NCBI RefSeq assembly: GCF_001194135.2
Contig: NC_068989.1
Span: forward strand, 40,733,199-40,797,198
DNA length: 64,000 nt
DNA from: Octopus bimaculoides
Taxonomy: Eukaryota
Reading direction: 5' to 3'
The stretch's first letter is position 1. Every line of letters starts with the position of its first letter. The translations under genes and the position numbers were made by a program. The notes beneath the pieces are model-generated. The model had not been told where the DNA came from and searched no databases. It saw nothing but the letters and a program-made list of their open reading frames with translations. Below are positions 52,605 through 64,000 of this stretch, one piece after another.

Positions 52605-52859
52605 GTTTCATTCAGTCTCTTACCATATATCCAGTCATTCTTAAATCCAATTATATATGGATTTATGTCGAAAAACTTTCGACGAAGCATACGTGCAGCA
52701 TGTCGAAACTATGTCTGCAGAAACAGAGAAAGGCAAATTTGTATGGGGCACCGGATTCATCTTTCTGATTACGAAATGGAATCACGAAGCACGAACGGAA
52801 CTCTTACTACAAAAATGTCTTTGCGAACTATCGAAAGTGTCTCATCGGACGATAACTAG
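52605..52859 (+). CDS. GPCR terminal exon E (TM7, helix 8, C-tail, stop)
   Basis: ttctgcag| VSFSLLPYIQSFLNPIIYGFMSKNFRRSIRAACRNYVC...SSDDN TAG; NPxxY motif, FR helix-8 motif, Cys after helix 8, Ser/Thr-rich tail. Confidence 0.93.
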   Translation, partial: VSFSLLPYIQSFLNPIIYGFMSKNFRRSIRAACRNYVCRNRERQICMGHRIHLSDYEMESRSTNGTLTTKMSLRTIESVSSDDN

Positions 52860-53299
52860 AAAATCTTCTTCTTGTTGTATTGATATTATCATTGTTGTTA
52901 TCATTATTATTATTATTATTAGTTGTTGTTGTTGTTATTGATCAGGATGATGATGAAGCTATTGATGTCGTTATGAGCAATATTATTATTGTTGTTATAA
53001 TTATCTTCCGTTGGAATGTCTTTAATTCACGACATATTTTATGATTTGGCCAAAGTATGAAAGTCAGAACTCACCGTTACACTCTACCCATTTCACTTGG
53101 AGCACTTGTGCACAGTGACAATTTGATATCGCTTCATTTCACTTATATCATTAAAAAATCGTAAACAATGTTCTCACTATTTTCTATGTCCCTTCGCCCG
53201 AAATAATTATTATTAATAATAAATCATTAATTATTATTGATATGTAAATAAGATTGATGGATTGGTACAACCGTTACATCATTGACCATATTGTTATTT

Positions 53300-53305
53300 A
53301 ATAAA
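53300..53305 (+). promoter_or_regulatory. Candidate polyadenylation signal AATAAA (another at ~53218)
   Basis: Hexamer 360-440 nt after the stop, but the background is very AT-rich, so this is weak. Confidence 0.2.
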
Positions 53306-53989
53306 AACTATTTTACGTTCTGAGTTCAAATCCAGCCGAATCGACTTTGCCTTTCGTTGTTCCGATGTCTGTAAATTAGTACCAGTTCGGTACTGAAATC
53401 GAGATAATCGATTGTTCCTCCACTCACCCATTTTCTTGCTTTACACCCATGTCGGGTATCTTTATTGATGTTGATATAATTATTGTTTATCTGTTTATGA
53501 TAGCACAATTTTTTCAGTATCGGAGAGCGTCCGTGTAAAGGCCGTATTTAGTTACGCTCGTTTATTTAAATAGCTCATATCCCATCAACGCCTGCTTCCT
53601 TTTTCATACGTCAGTGATCGATTAAATATGTACAAACCCAATACATATATTGATTTTATTGGACATAGCTTCCACCCCCACAAAGTTGTGTCCTTGTGTT
53701 TATATGTGAGGTCAGCATTAAAGTTACCACAACAGTTAATCTTAAATCCAGTAACGTGCTGCGTAGAAAGGCTGCTACCGAAATCTGTTACCTACGACGT
53801 TATTCCTGTTCACTAACTGTAATATTAAATAATAATAACAAGAGCACTCAGAGAGCCCAAACCCCCGCCAAGGCAACACCAACGTCCTCTCAACGATTAG
53901 CCAGAGATGATTTTTAAAATGAGAATATCTGAAATAAACTCGACTGCTCTCACAAACGAGAACACTAAAAGTGAACCCGACCGCTCTCA

Positions 53990-54205
53990 AAAATTAAGTA
54001 AAAGACAGGCAAAATAATCCAAAATCCTCGTCTAGTATCGGATCGATGCCAAAACGTAATCAGTTTGTGCCAGTCACGAGGCTAAACATCCCTGAAAGTT
54101 TCATCCGAATCCTTCCAGCGTTTCTTGAGATATCTTGTCCACGCATAAACAAACAAACACGACTGAAACAATACCTCTACCTTTGCTAAGGCTGAGGTAA
54201 TAATG
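53990..54205 (-). mobile_element. Hairpin-terminated non-autonomous DNA element (Helentron/HINE-like)
   Basis: Minus strand starts ttattacctcagccttagcaaaggtagaggtattgtttc (stem-loop), then (gttt)n and ...gatgaaactttcaggg...ttttggcatcgatccga; layout resembles HINE/DINE-type elements. Confidence 0.45.
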
Positions 54206-55169
54206 GTGAAAATAATAATAATGAATTGTTGATTACATATCACTTCAAATTATGTGATGGTGTGCCAAATTAAAAATCATTAATATTCATATCAAATTTG
54301 GTGGTTCTGCAGAATCTCTTGTGTACAGGACAAAACATCTTACGGGAATCGATATAAATCTACTCTAACGCTCACCCAAATTTCTGACATCGTATTTATG
54401 TAATATGCGGGTTAAATCACTTTACATGGCTCATATTTTCCAAGTGAATTAAATTAACAAAAGCTGTTGTTTTTGATTTTTTTTTTTGGGGGGGGGCTGT
54501 TCATCCGTTCCAGCCTTTCGAATGTTGTGGTGTTTATTTTATTTTCCACTACTGTCAATCCCCAGTCGAAAAGCAAATGAGGAGCCACGACTTGTTTCAT
54601 TTGACCTATTAGACATTGCTAACAAATTTCCCTCAATTCACACCCTACCGTCTTAAACAGGGAAAGAAAATTACGTTTTAAATCATGTAAAAACAATGGG
54701 TTAGCCTTTGTTCAAAGTTTTACCTCGATCAGGCTTGAACTAAGGGTAAACAATAAAGAAAAACTGCACAGTGTAAAGTTTAGCAATAAGGACACTAAAT
54801 CTAGAGATATCCAGGGTCGATAAATCAAAGTATCAGTCAAGTATTGGGGTCGGAGGTCTGAACTAACCCCTTGCCCTTAAAATTACTGCTTTTGTTTCTA
54901 AAGTAGAAATTTTAAAGTGATGAGCTGGCAGAATGGTTAAAGCCCGGGAAAGAATTGCTTTGCTGAATTTCTTCCGGATGTTTATTATTGTATTTAATAA
55001 TTCTTCTTCTTTCTGGTCATCTCCTTCCTCTAAATTTCTCTCCCTTTATCATCTGTCAAAGGGAACAAAATAAGTATTATCATTAATAAAGAAGATTTGT
55101 CAAATGAAGACAGCCGGCTGCTTTTAAGAATGTGGAAGACACTTCTGAGTTTTCTCCTGTTTGCAAGAA

Positions 55170-55580
55170 GGAACAATAATAATAATAATACTTACAAATT
55201 TTGCCACAAGGGCAGCCATTTTGCGGGAAGGGAACTATTCGATTACATTGACCCCAGTGTTTCACTAGAACTTAATTTATCGACCCTGAAGGATGAAAGG
55301 CAAAATCTACCTCGACGGAATTTGAAATCAGTACGTAGTGACGGGCGATGTACCGCTAAGCATTTCGCCCTGTGTGCTAACGATTCTGCCAACTCGCCGC
55401 CTTATAGGAACAATAATAATTATGATAACGCCTTCTAAAAAAGGCACGAAGCCTGAAATTTGGTGGTGGGATGGTAAGTGGATTTCACAGACCCCAGTGT
55501 TTCATGCATACTTAATTTATCGACCCCGAAAGGATGAAAAGCAAAGCCTGACTTGGCGGAATTTGAATTCAATAATAGTA
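55170..55580 (-). mobile_element. SINE A dimer, antisense
   Basis: Two reverse-complement A units with (aat)n flanks. Confidence 0.8.
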
Positions 55581-55910
55581 ATAATAATAATAATTGATAC
55601 TGTTTAGAATCCTTTCGGAAAAACCTTCATTGCAATTTCATAAAAACAGAGAATCAGGTAACTATTAATTTCAGTTCAAATTTCCTGTCATCATTTCTGG
55701 ATCGATAAAAAAAAAAGATACCAGTTAATTAATGATGTCAGCGTTATCAACTTACTTTTCCCGTCAAATTGCCGGTTTTGTGCATAAATCAGAAACAAAT
55801 GTTTCTTATTTTTGCAACACCTTATTTCCTGATTTCAAATACTGTTGAAATCCCTTTGCCCTTCATTCCTTTGGGAGTTGGTGAAATAAAGTACTAGTCA
55901 AGTACTGAGC

Positions 55911-56293
55911 AGGCGCAATGGCCCAGTGGTTAGGGCAGCGGACTCGTTGTCATAGGATCGCGGTTTCGATTCCCAGGTCGGGCGTTGTGAGTGTTTATTG
56001 AGCGAAAACACCTAAAAGCTCCACAAGGCTCCGGCAGGGGATGGTGGCGAACCCTGCAGTACTCTTTCACCACAACTTTCTCTCACTCTTACTTCCTGTT
56101 TCTGTTGTGCCTGTAATTCAAAGGGTCAGCCTTGTCACACTGTGTCACGCTGAATATCCCCGAGAACTACGTTAAGGGTACACGAGTCAGTGGAGTGCTC
56201 AGCTACGTGCACGTTAATTTCACGAGCAGGCTGTTCCGTTGATCGGATCAACTGGAACCCTCGACGTCGTAAGCGACAGAGTGCCAACAACAA
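55911..56293 (+). mobile_element. Full-length young SINE C with 10-bp TSD, nested in a SINE A remnant
   Basis: tRNA-like head, (caa)n tail; TSD caagtactga at 55899-55908 and 56291-56300. Confidence 0.9.
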
Positions 56294-56359
56294 GTACTGA
56301 ATCGATATAATTGACTAAAGACAGCGAGATGGCATTAGTTCTGGCATTTTATATCCAGA

Positions 56360-56760
56360 GTACACATTCAACCACGGTCAACTTTGCTTTTCAATTTTCC
56401 CTCCGGAATTGATAAAATAAAATACCAATGAAATATTGGGGTCAATGTAATCCCCTATCCCGCTCAGTTTGTGCCAACATTTTAAAGAATTAGAATTATT
56501 ATTATTATTAAGGCAGCGACATGGAATAATCGTTATCACGCAGGGCAAAATACTTCGCAGTATTTTCGTCTTTACGTTCTAAGTTCAAATCCCACCGAAG
56601 TTGACTTTGCTTTTTATCCTTTCGGGGTTGATAAAATGAGTACGAGTGGTGCACTGCGGACGACGTAATCGACTATCCCCTCCCCCAAATTCCAGGCCTC
56701 GTGCCTATAGGACAAAGGAATTTTATTATTATTATTATTATTATTATTATCATTATTAAA
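56360..56760 (+). mobile_element. SINE A dimer
   Basis: attattattaaggcagcgac junction near 56508; (att)n tail to ~56757. Confidence 0.75.
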
Positions 56761-57584
56761 CGAAGAAGTCGAAAGAAAAAGATGAACAAAGAATATAAGA
56801 TTTTTTTCGATTTTATTGATAGATTTCAGATGATTAAATTATTTTTCTTTCAATTAAATGTGTAGTTACTATTCAGACGAAACTTTACTTCATGTTATGA
56901 AAGGGAGCATTACTCAACAAAATGTTTTCCTTTTCGATCACTTTGTTTTGGGGATTTTTTTTTCAATAAAAATCTAGAATACACGCATCGATTGCGAACG
57001 AGTGCAGCTTCGTACTGACATGGGTACCCCTTTGGCTCTTTCCTGACCCAGGTGGAACATTTTCAGCATGACAGCTAGAAAGAGCGAGGTATGCAGCCCA
57101 ACCCCGTCTGTTCTCATTACAGCCAACGAGACTGTAGCAACGTGACATAAAAAGCAATTTTTTTTCCAGTAGTGAGCAATGAACCCGTCTTCAATTATTC
57201 TTCGTTCTTCTTCCTTTACTATACTTAGCAATTCATTGTTGTAAAACCTCGTTGGTTTTCTATCTTCATTAAAACTGTCTCGCATACAAATTTGATTGAC
57301 ACCAGAAAACCTCCGTTATAGCTTACCAGAAGGTTTTTTTTTAATTTTATTTTGTCTATGTTTATTCATTTACTTATTTATTTATTGATAGATGTCATTC
57401 ATCTTGTTTCAGAAGTTAGGTAAATTCACTACGACAGAATCCATTGCTAGTTATAGCCATTAATTTCACTTATTAATATATTTTAGAACAGCATGCTCGT
57501 CTCATCTCCCACTTCGTTGCATCAATAAAGCAACTGATCAGTCGAAAGCTACTTCAGAGCACGAAATATAAAGCAGTTGTGTGC

Positions 57585-57636
<52 letters not shown>

Positions 57637-57892
57637 TACTGTTCCTTTCTAATCTTATTACATTGATTCGTGTATGTATTTATATAATTCGTGTATGAAC
57701 GTATTTTGTATATGTATATTTTTAAAAATTTCTATACTTTTGTCAATGTTTATATTGCTTCCAATATATTTGTACAATCTGTAATAAAAGAAAGCAAAAT
57801 AAGAAATGAGAATATTTGACAATTTGGTTTTCATGTATCGACTACAACTTGTAGCATATCATATGCACTGCATTATACATACATATTGACTG

Positions 57893-58502
57893 AGATCATG
57901 GGATTGCACCTAGAAAGTTACCCTCGCAGGCATAAGTCCGAGCAAGGTTGTTTATGGAAGACCAGCAGTTTCTCATGCATACCAGCCTCCCCTCTCCACG
58001 CCACCAGTGTTATCCAAGGGAAAGGCAAAGGCCTATACAGCTCGGCACCTGTGACGTCGCAACTCATTTCTACAGCTGAGTGAACTGGACAGTGATAATT
58101 ATTTGGTAAAACAACAAATATGCATTTAAATCTGATATATAACTTTATATAATTAGTGGTAAAGGGTAAAGACTTTTGCTCATAAATAACCATGGGTTTA
58201 CACCTAGAAAGTTGCCCTCCGAGGCACAAGTCCCGGCAAGGTTGTTTATAGAAGACTACCAGTCGCCCACACATACCAGTCTCCCCTCTCTATGACACCG
58301 ATGTTATCCAAGAGAAACGTAAAGTTGATAGAGCTTGACACCAGCAACATCGCAACTCATTTCTACAACTGAGTGAATTAGAGCAACATGAAATAAAGTA
58401 TCTTGCTCAAGAGCACATTACACAACTCGGTATGAGAATCGAACTCACTACTTCATTAGTTGTTAGAGATCGATGCTCTGACCACTGAGCCATGCGCCTT
58501 CA
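57893..58502 (-). mobile_element. Two tandem CORE-like SINE copies (family E): partial 57893-58090 and full 58185-58502
   Basis: Both share ccatggg...cacctagaaagtt.ccctc...caaggttgtttat.gaagac...cgcaactcatttctaca.ctgagtgaa; the full copy has a tRNA-like head (gaatcgaactc...accactgagccatgcgccttca on +). Confidence 0.7.
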
Positions 58503-59699
58503 TGCATGCATGCATGCATGCATTCATACATACATACATACATACATACATTATTTTATTGAAATTGAAAAAATTACAAACACGCCGTTTCACGTAATCG
58601 ATCATCAGACAAACGTGAACGTTTGAAACAATACAATGATTTATAAATGGTGTAGTGATAATTATTTGGTAAATCATTAGTGAATGATGAATAAACTGGA
58701 TAACACGAATCATATTGTACAGAGCAATAGTTATATTTATATCAAAGGGAAATTTTCAAACCAGAGCTGTTTTAGGATTTAAGGACCTTAGAAATGTAAA
58801 TCAGAACAAACAATTATGTCAACTCCGTTCTGTGATTCGATACTTTGGGACTTCGTTTTGATAAAGACATTTTTGATGTTGGTGTTATCGTATTCTGTTT
58901 TGTCTTGTTTTTACTTTTGTAATGACATACTCATCCATTTTGCTACGAATTTCTATCGGTCTGCTCGGTTGAAATACACTTCCACTGTCTCAAAGGTAAT
59001 CTGTATATCTGAAAATGAAATGCCTAGAAGCCCCTAAATAAGAACCGCAACTTTTTACGTGACTAACGTTGAAAAAAGTCCTTTTCGAACACAACCTAAC
59101 AAGCTGCACCAGCTACGTTGACATATCTATTTTAACAGACACAAACGAGCAGGCTGACACGTTTGAAGACTTTGAGTCGCTTTTGAATTAATCATGCATG
59201 TCTCGTAACTTTGAAGTTTCATTGAAGTGATTGCTTAATTTTTAGAATGATATTGCAGGTTGTGTGAGGCCAGACTTGGCCGGTTTAAACATAAAACAGG
59301 TGACATATTTGGGTTAAATATGGCCGGTTTAAATACTAAACAGTTTTAATTTTCCATCCTTTGCGCAAGATTTCAATACGGAAATTTTCTCTGTAAATAA
59401 ATGTTAGTTAACTATGACCACATTAATACTTTCCCAGGTAGATTCATAGAACGATAAAAGATCAGATTCATCCACACTGATACAGCAGATGCTGCACCCA
59501 TGCAGAATAGACAAGTATCACATACAATATAGTACTGGAACTACATGTACTCTGGGTAAAAAAGGTGGATGAATAATACATCAAAGGTTCTCGTTATGCC
59601 GAACACTGGCAATAATCACAAATACCACAAGCTCATATCTCGGAGTTACATTTACGTATTTTTTGCAAGGTTCCTGAAGTCAAATCGTGTATTGAAAAA

Positions 59700-60045
59700 A
59701 GATATTGTTACGTTTGGAGATATTTTTGTCAATTAAACACATATACTATATAATTGTCTTTCACCTCACATTTATTAATATTTTTATTTTAGTGTCTTTT
59801 CGCCAGATTTTTCGTCACACATCCTGTGACCTCTTCAGTGACTCACTATCCCACGTTCTGTTTAATCCATTCTCATATGAGATGGAGAGTCACTGAAGAG
59901 GTCACAGGATGTGCGATAAAAGATTTCAGACGATGGGTACAAAAACAAAAATAATAATAATAAAGCTGAAGTGAAGGCCAAGTATATAGTGCATGTGGTT
60001 AATTGGCAAAAATAGAACCATCCCCAAATATAACAACATATTTAG
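59700..60045. repeat. ~345-bp imperfect fold-back with a perfect 27-bp inner stem and hammerhead-like cores
   Basis: cacatcctgtgacctcttcagtgactc (59818-59844) pairs perfectly with 59887-59913; outer arms about 80% (35/44 over 59731-59774 vs 59961-60004). Confidence 0.85.
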
Positions 60046-60248
60046 TGTGTTTTACAATAACACCACTACATCAAACCTCACTATTAACACGAAATCACAA
60101 TCTAACAAATCGCAGGATGTACTTCAGATTACGAACGTAATATGCAAATTTCAAAGTAATCTTCAGTTTGCTATACCAGACAAAACACAATACAAAACTT
60201 TCTTGTCGGTCGACCAAGCATTTAAAATAATATGTCATTATAACTCAT

Positions 60249-60624
60249 GTTATTGTTGTTGGCACTCCGTCGCTTACGACGTCGAGGGTTCCAGTTGATC
60301 CGATCAACGGAACAGCCTGCTCGTGAAATTAACATGCAAGTGGCTGAGTACTCCACAGACACGTGCACCCTTAACGTAGTTCTCGGGGATATTCAGCGTG
60401 ACACAGTGTGACAAGGCTGGCCCTTTGAAATACAGGTACAACAGAAACAGGAAGTAAGAGTGAGAGAAAGTTGTGGTGGAAGAGTACAGCAGTGTTCGCC
60501 ACCATCCCCTGCCGGAGCCTCGGGGAGCTTTAGGTGTTTTCGCTCAATAAACATTCACAATGCCCGGTCTGGGAATCGAAACTGCGAGTCCACTGCCCTA
60601 ACTACTGGGCCATTGCGCCTCCAC
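60249..60624 (-). mobile_element. Full-length young SINE C (antisense) with 13-bp TSD
   Basis: Reverse complement of 55911-56293 at roughly 90% identity by eye; TSD cattataactcat at 60236-60248 and 60625-60637. Confidence 0.9.
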
Positions 60625-62279
60625 CATTATAACTCATAATTATACAGTAATATACACGGAATAAAATTGCATACAAAGACATTAGTTAACTGTAATACAA
60701 CTTTATGCAGAATTCCCCAAGTATTACAGGAATATAGACGGAATCGTGCGTTTGTAAGTATGTATATTTGTTTTCCTTTTAGAATTTAATCCAGTTGCAA
60801 ACGATATGGTTTCACTTCGCTATTTGATCAAAAGATTTCCAAAGATTAGAGAATTAGTGAAAAAAAATTAATGTATACAAATACATGTGAATGTATGTAC
60901 ATACTTGCTCCCATGTAATGTGAGTACATGTGAGTTTAACGTATGAGTATGTGAATGCTTTATATTTCTGTCTTTGCGCAGCATACAGATATAAGATTAT
61001 GTCTAAATGTTCCTTCTTGGAAACTAAGATAGAGAACCGTAAGAATGACTCTCTTTAAGAACGACTTTCATTGAACCATTAATCGGTTGGATTTGGGCGG
61101 TGCCAATCTTTGTTCTGTCTTCGAAAACACCCAGCATTTCCATGATTTTATGTCAATATTTTATTACAAAGCCGTACGCCCTAATAATAATTGGCGCAAA
61201 TGGGAATACATACCTGGTATACAAAAAATGTGAGTCTTGTAATAATTCATGTCCTTTTTTTTTTCTTTTTGATAATTTTAGACAAAAGGTCCACATCTGA
61301 TAGAGAGCTGACCCCTTCAAAAGCGCATGACGTTTCACACGTGTTTATGCATCTATCTCACAGAACTATATCAGGTCTGCTGCATTTGCACTTGTTGACC
61401 TGTATTATAATATCCCATTTGTATTGCTTGTTTTAAAAGGTGTGAAGATATTCTTAAACCAGTGTTCCTTTGGAATGCCGTTACGAAACTCCTTCAGATA
61501 TTATAATAAATAAAACTGTGTAACGTTTTTTTTCTTTTGTCTTTGGTCAGTAAGTGCTATTACTTATTTGCTTCTATCTAGAAATCAAAGTAACGTACTA
61601 TTATTCCCTTCAGACTTCGCTTTCGTGACCTCAACTTCAATGTTTTGAAACTGACCTATTATCCATTACATTTCAAATTCACCATTGAATTGCTGAAGTA
61701 GACACCGTTATTGAAAATATTCTACTCAATACCACAGCTTTGCTAGTCAGTTGCTTGACCTTACCGACTTGAGCATGTCCCTTAGTGGTTGACAATATGT
61801 GCATCTCTGATGTTGAGCAGGAGCAGTGGTGGAGCATCATAGCCATGTGCTGAGAGGAATTCCTTGGGGTTTGAATAAATATAACAAAACCGAAATTTGA
61901 AGAAAATATTAGCCGGTTTTCATAATTTCTAAGAGTAAGGAAACAGGAAATAACAGTTGCTACTCAAGGATAAAAACTGTGTTACACAGTGTAATTTCGG
62001 TAACAATGTTGACTGTTATGAAAATGCAATACCTTGCAGATACTTCTATCCAACTAACGATGATGATGATTGTATGGCATAGCTCTTCCTACACTGGTAG
62101 AGAACAGTCAATTTTTTTGTATAACATGGTGGATAAGTAGCATCCTTATCTCGTTTATTGGTGAGGTATTTGGCTTTAATTTCTGCTCTCTTGAGTAGCA
62201 AAGTCTTCTAGTCTTCAATGAAATGTAGTGTATATTACAAGGTTAGGAGGGGACTATTCTTCTTCACAATGCTGTTTCT

Positions 62280-62384
62280 ATCTTCAGACTTATCTTTTCC
62301 TCGTTTCAGTCATTAGACTGCGGTCATGCTTGGGCACCACCTTCAAAAAGACGCACACACATACACACTCTAACATACACGCAT

Positions 62385-62452
<68 letters not shown>

Positions 62453-62620
62453 GCGACGGGCTTCCTTTAGTTTCCGTTAACCAAATTCACCCACTAGGCT
62501 TTGGTCGGCCTGAGACTTTAATAAAAGACACTTGCACAATGTGTCATGCAGTGGAACTGAACCCAGAACCATGCTGTTGAGAAGTAATCATCTTACCTCA
62601 CAATCATGCCTGCGCCTGTA
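62280..62620 (-). mobile_element. SINE B (antisense) with internal (CA)n(TA)n
   Basis: tttcagtcattagactgcgg...(ca)n(ta)n gcgacgggcttcc...gcagtggaactgaacccag...catgcctgcgcc. Confidence 0.7.
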
Positions 62621-62699
62621 TACTTGGGGGAGATATATTCCAGTGCATAACTTTTCTTTATGATCACTATTACCCCGAGAAGTATCAGTTCAAATAGGT

Positions 62700-63520
62700 C
62701 CCCTTAGTTACCTTTTGTTCACATGGAACGACTGTAGAGTACCTATTCTAAAATTCTTCACCTACTCATGTTATTTTCACCGCTCACATGTTCAATAGAC
62801 GCTGTGTAAGTGATACAATATTGTACTCAAAGAATGTTTAGGCTTACCATATTTCTCTACTTTCTCCCTCCCGTTTTATATATATTCTATCAGTTAACAT
62901 GCAAGTTACCAGTAGTTGTTAGTATTTTCATAACCTGGATGTTCAAGTTGCGATTGTTTCCCATGTGTCTAGTCAAGCATCACAAACTTTTGTGTTAGCA
63001 CAAGTACTGCAAATTAATAACAAGATATGATTTTATGGAATGCACAGAACACTGACTTCCGCAATATCAGAATCCTGTTTCAAAAATCACTGTCTTGTCT
63101 GGGGAATAATCTTCGACTGACTACCAAATATAACGCTTATCCTAACCAAAGTTCATTTCTATGCACTATGAGAATGTTGTCACCGTTTCTAAGCAGCTTT
63201 TACTGTCGGGGATATCACCTAACAACAGATTTGGCATTTCCTCACCAGCGAATGAGAAATAGATAACTAACAAGACTAACAACAGAACAGATCTTATACC
63301 CTCTTGGTATATTTTCGTCGATATCATAATTCTTTCTATGACTGTTGCTTCAGTTCTATGTGATACTTGTGTAGGGCTTGAGGTCAGTTTTTTTAAGCCT
63401 TTGCAAGTGTAACGATATTACGATCATCAACGGTAGGGTGACATGCTGTTACTAGAATTGGGATCCAGCTTCGTCTCTTGAAGGGCAACTTTGCAAACGA
63501 AAAGTTGTTTGGCACGTCGG
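62700..63520 (-). mobile_element. Possible LINE APE-endonuclease remnant
   Basis: Minus frame QLFVCKVALQETKLDPN resembles the APE motif xxLQETKL; the rest is decayed. Confidence 0.4.
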
Positions 63521-64000
63521 CTTATTCTCTTCTTTTCTTCTGCCTGCACAACAAAATTTTCGTTTCAATCAAAAAAAAAACGTAGCCAGTCGGAGATAGC
63601 TGGAAAGAAGATTTCAAGTACAGAAGCATAACCCTTTCAGTGGAATTTAGATAACATCAACTGGATAAAAGTATATGTATGCATTAGCACGCGTATACTT
63701 GCGTGTACAATCATGCACATGTTTGCATATTTGTCGTTGTAGATATGTATGCTTTTATTTATGTATTTGTACCTAGATGTATGTTTGTCTCTCTATACGT
63801 ATAGACATGTGTATATCACAGGTTACAATGTCAATTGCTATCACGCGATTGATTTTCTATTTACATGAGAAAAGACATTTATGTAAATGTAATAGTAGAC
63901 AGTCCGCTGTGCTAAAAAGTCATTTACATTTAACAGCTCATTAATAAAAAACGGTAGTACTCACAACTGAATCAATTTCCCTCGCCATTATATATATATA

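Noticed and set aside
55911-55990. tRNA-like sequences (also at 12045, 19600, 58430-58500, 60550-60620)
   Set aside because: SINE heads followed by SINE bodies; no complete cloverleaf, so not called as tRNA genes.

Overview
AT-rich animal genomic scaffold with 8 N-gaps and dense microsatellites. The repeat content (several tRNA-headed SINE families, Penelope-like, R4/Dong, RTE and mariner remnants) looks like an octopus/cephalopod draft genome; this is my inference from recognising the repeats, not a database result. The only host gene I can support is a + strand class A (rhodopsin-like) neuropeptide-type GPCR. I assembled it by hand from five phase-compatible GT-AG exons (18772-18895, 24951-25171, 45805-45955, 47788-47907, 52605-52859), giving about 290 aa from the split Arg of the D/ERY motif to the stop. 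Exons for the N-terminus to TM3 were not found and probably lie upstream of the window. Almost all ORFs in the supplied track are microsatellite, N-gap or TE artefacts. Most notable non-genic observations: (1) a ~345 bp fold-back at 59.7-60.0 kb whose two arms each carry a decayed minimal hammerhead-ribozyme-like core; (2) a mariner copy whose two ends abut short sequences matching other sites in the same intron, one a perfect 61 bp inverted copy, the other creating an open RTE-mariner fusion ORF; (3) an (ATT)n/(TAA)n-centred arrangement of head-to-tail SINE arrays plus an R4/Dong-like element ending in a SINE tail; (4) a young inverted SINE pair downstream of the GPCR stop, a possible dsRNA/ADAR substrate. 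I see no firm evidence of a wholly new multi-gene system.
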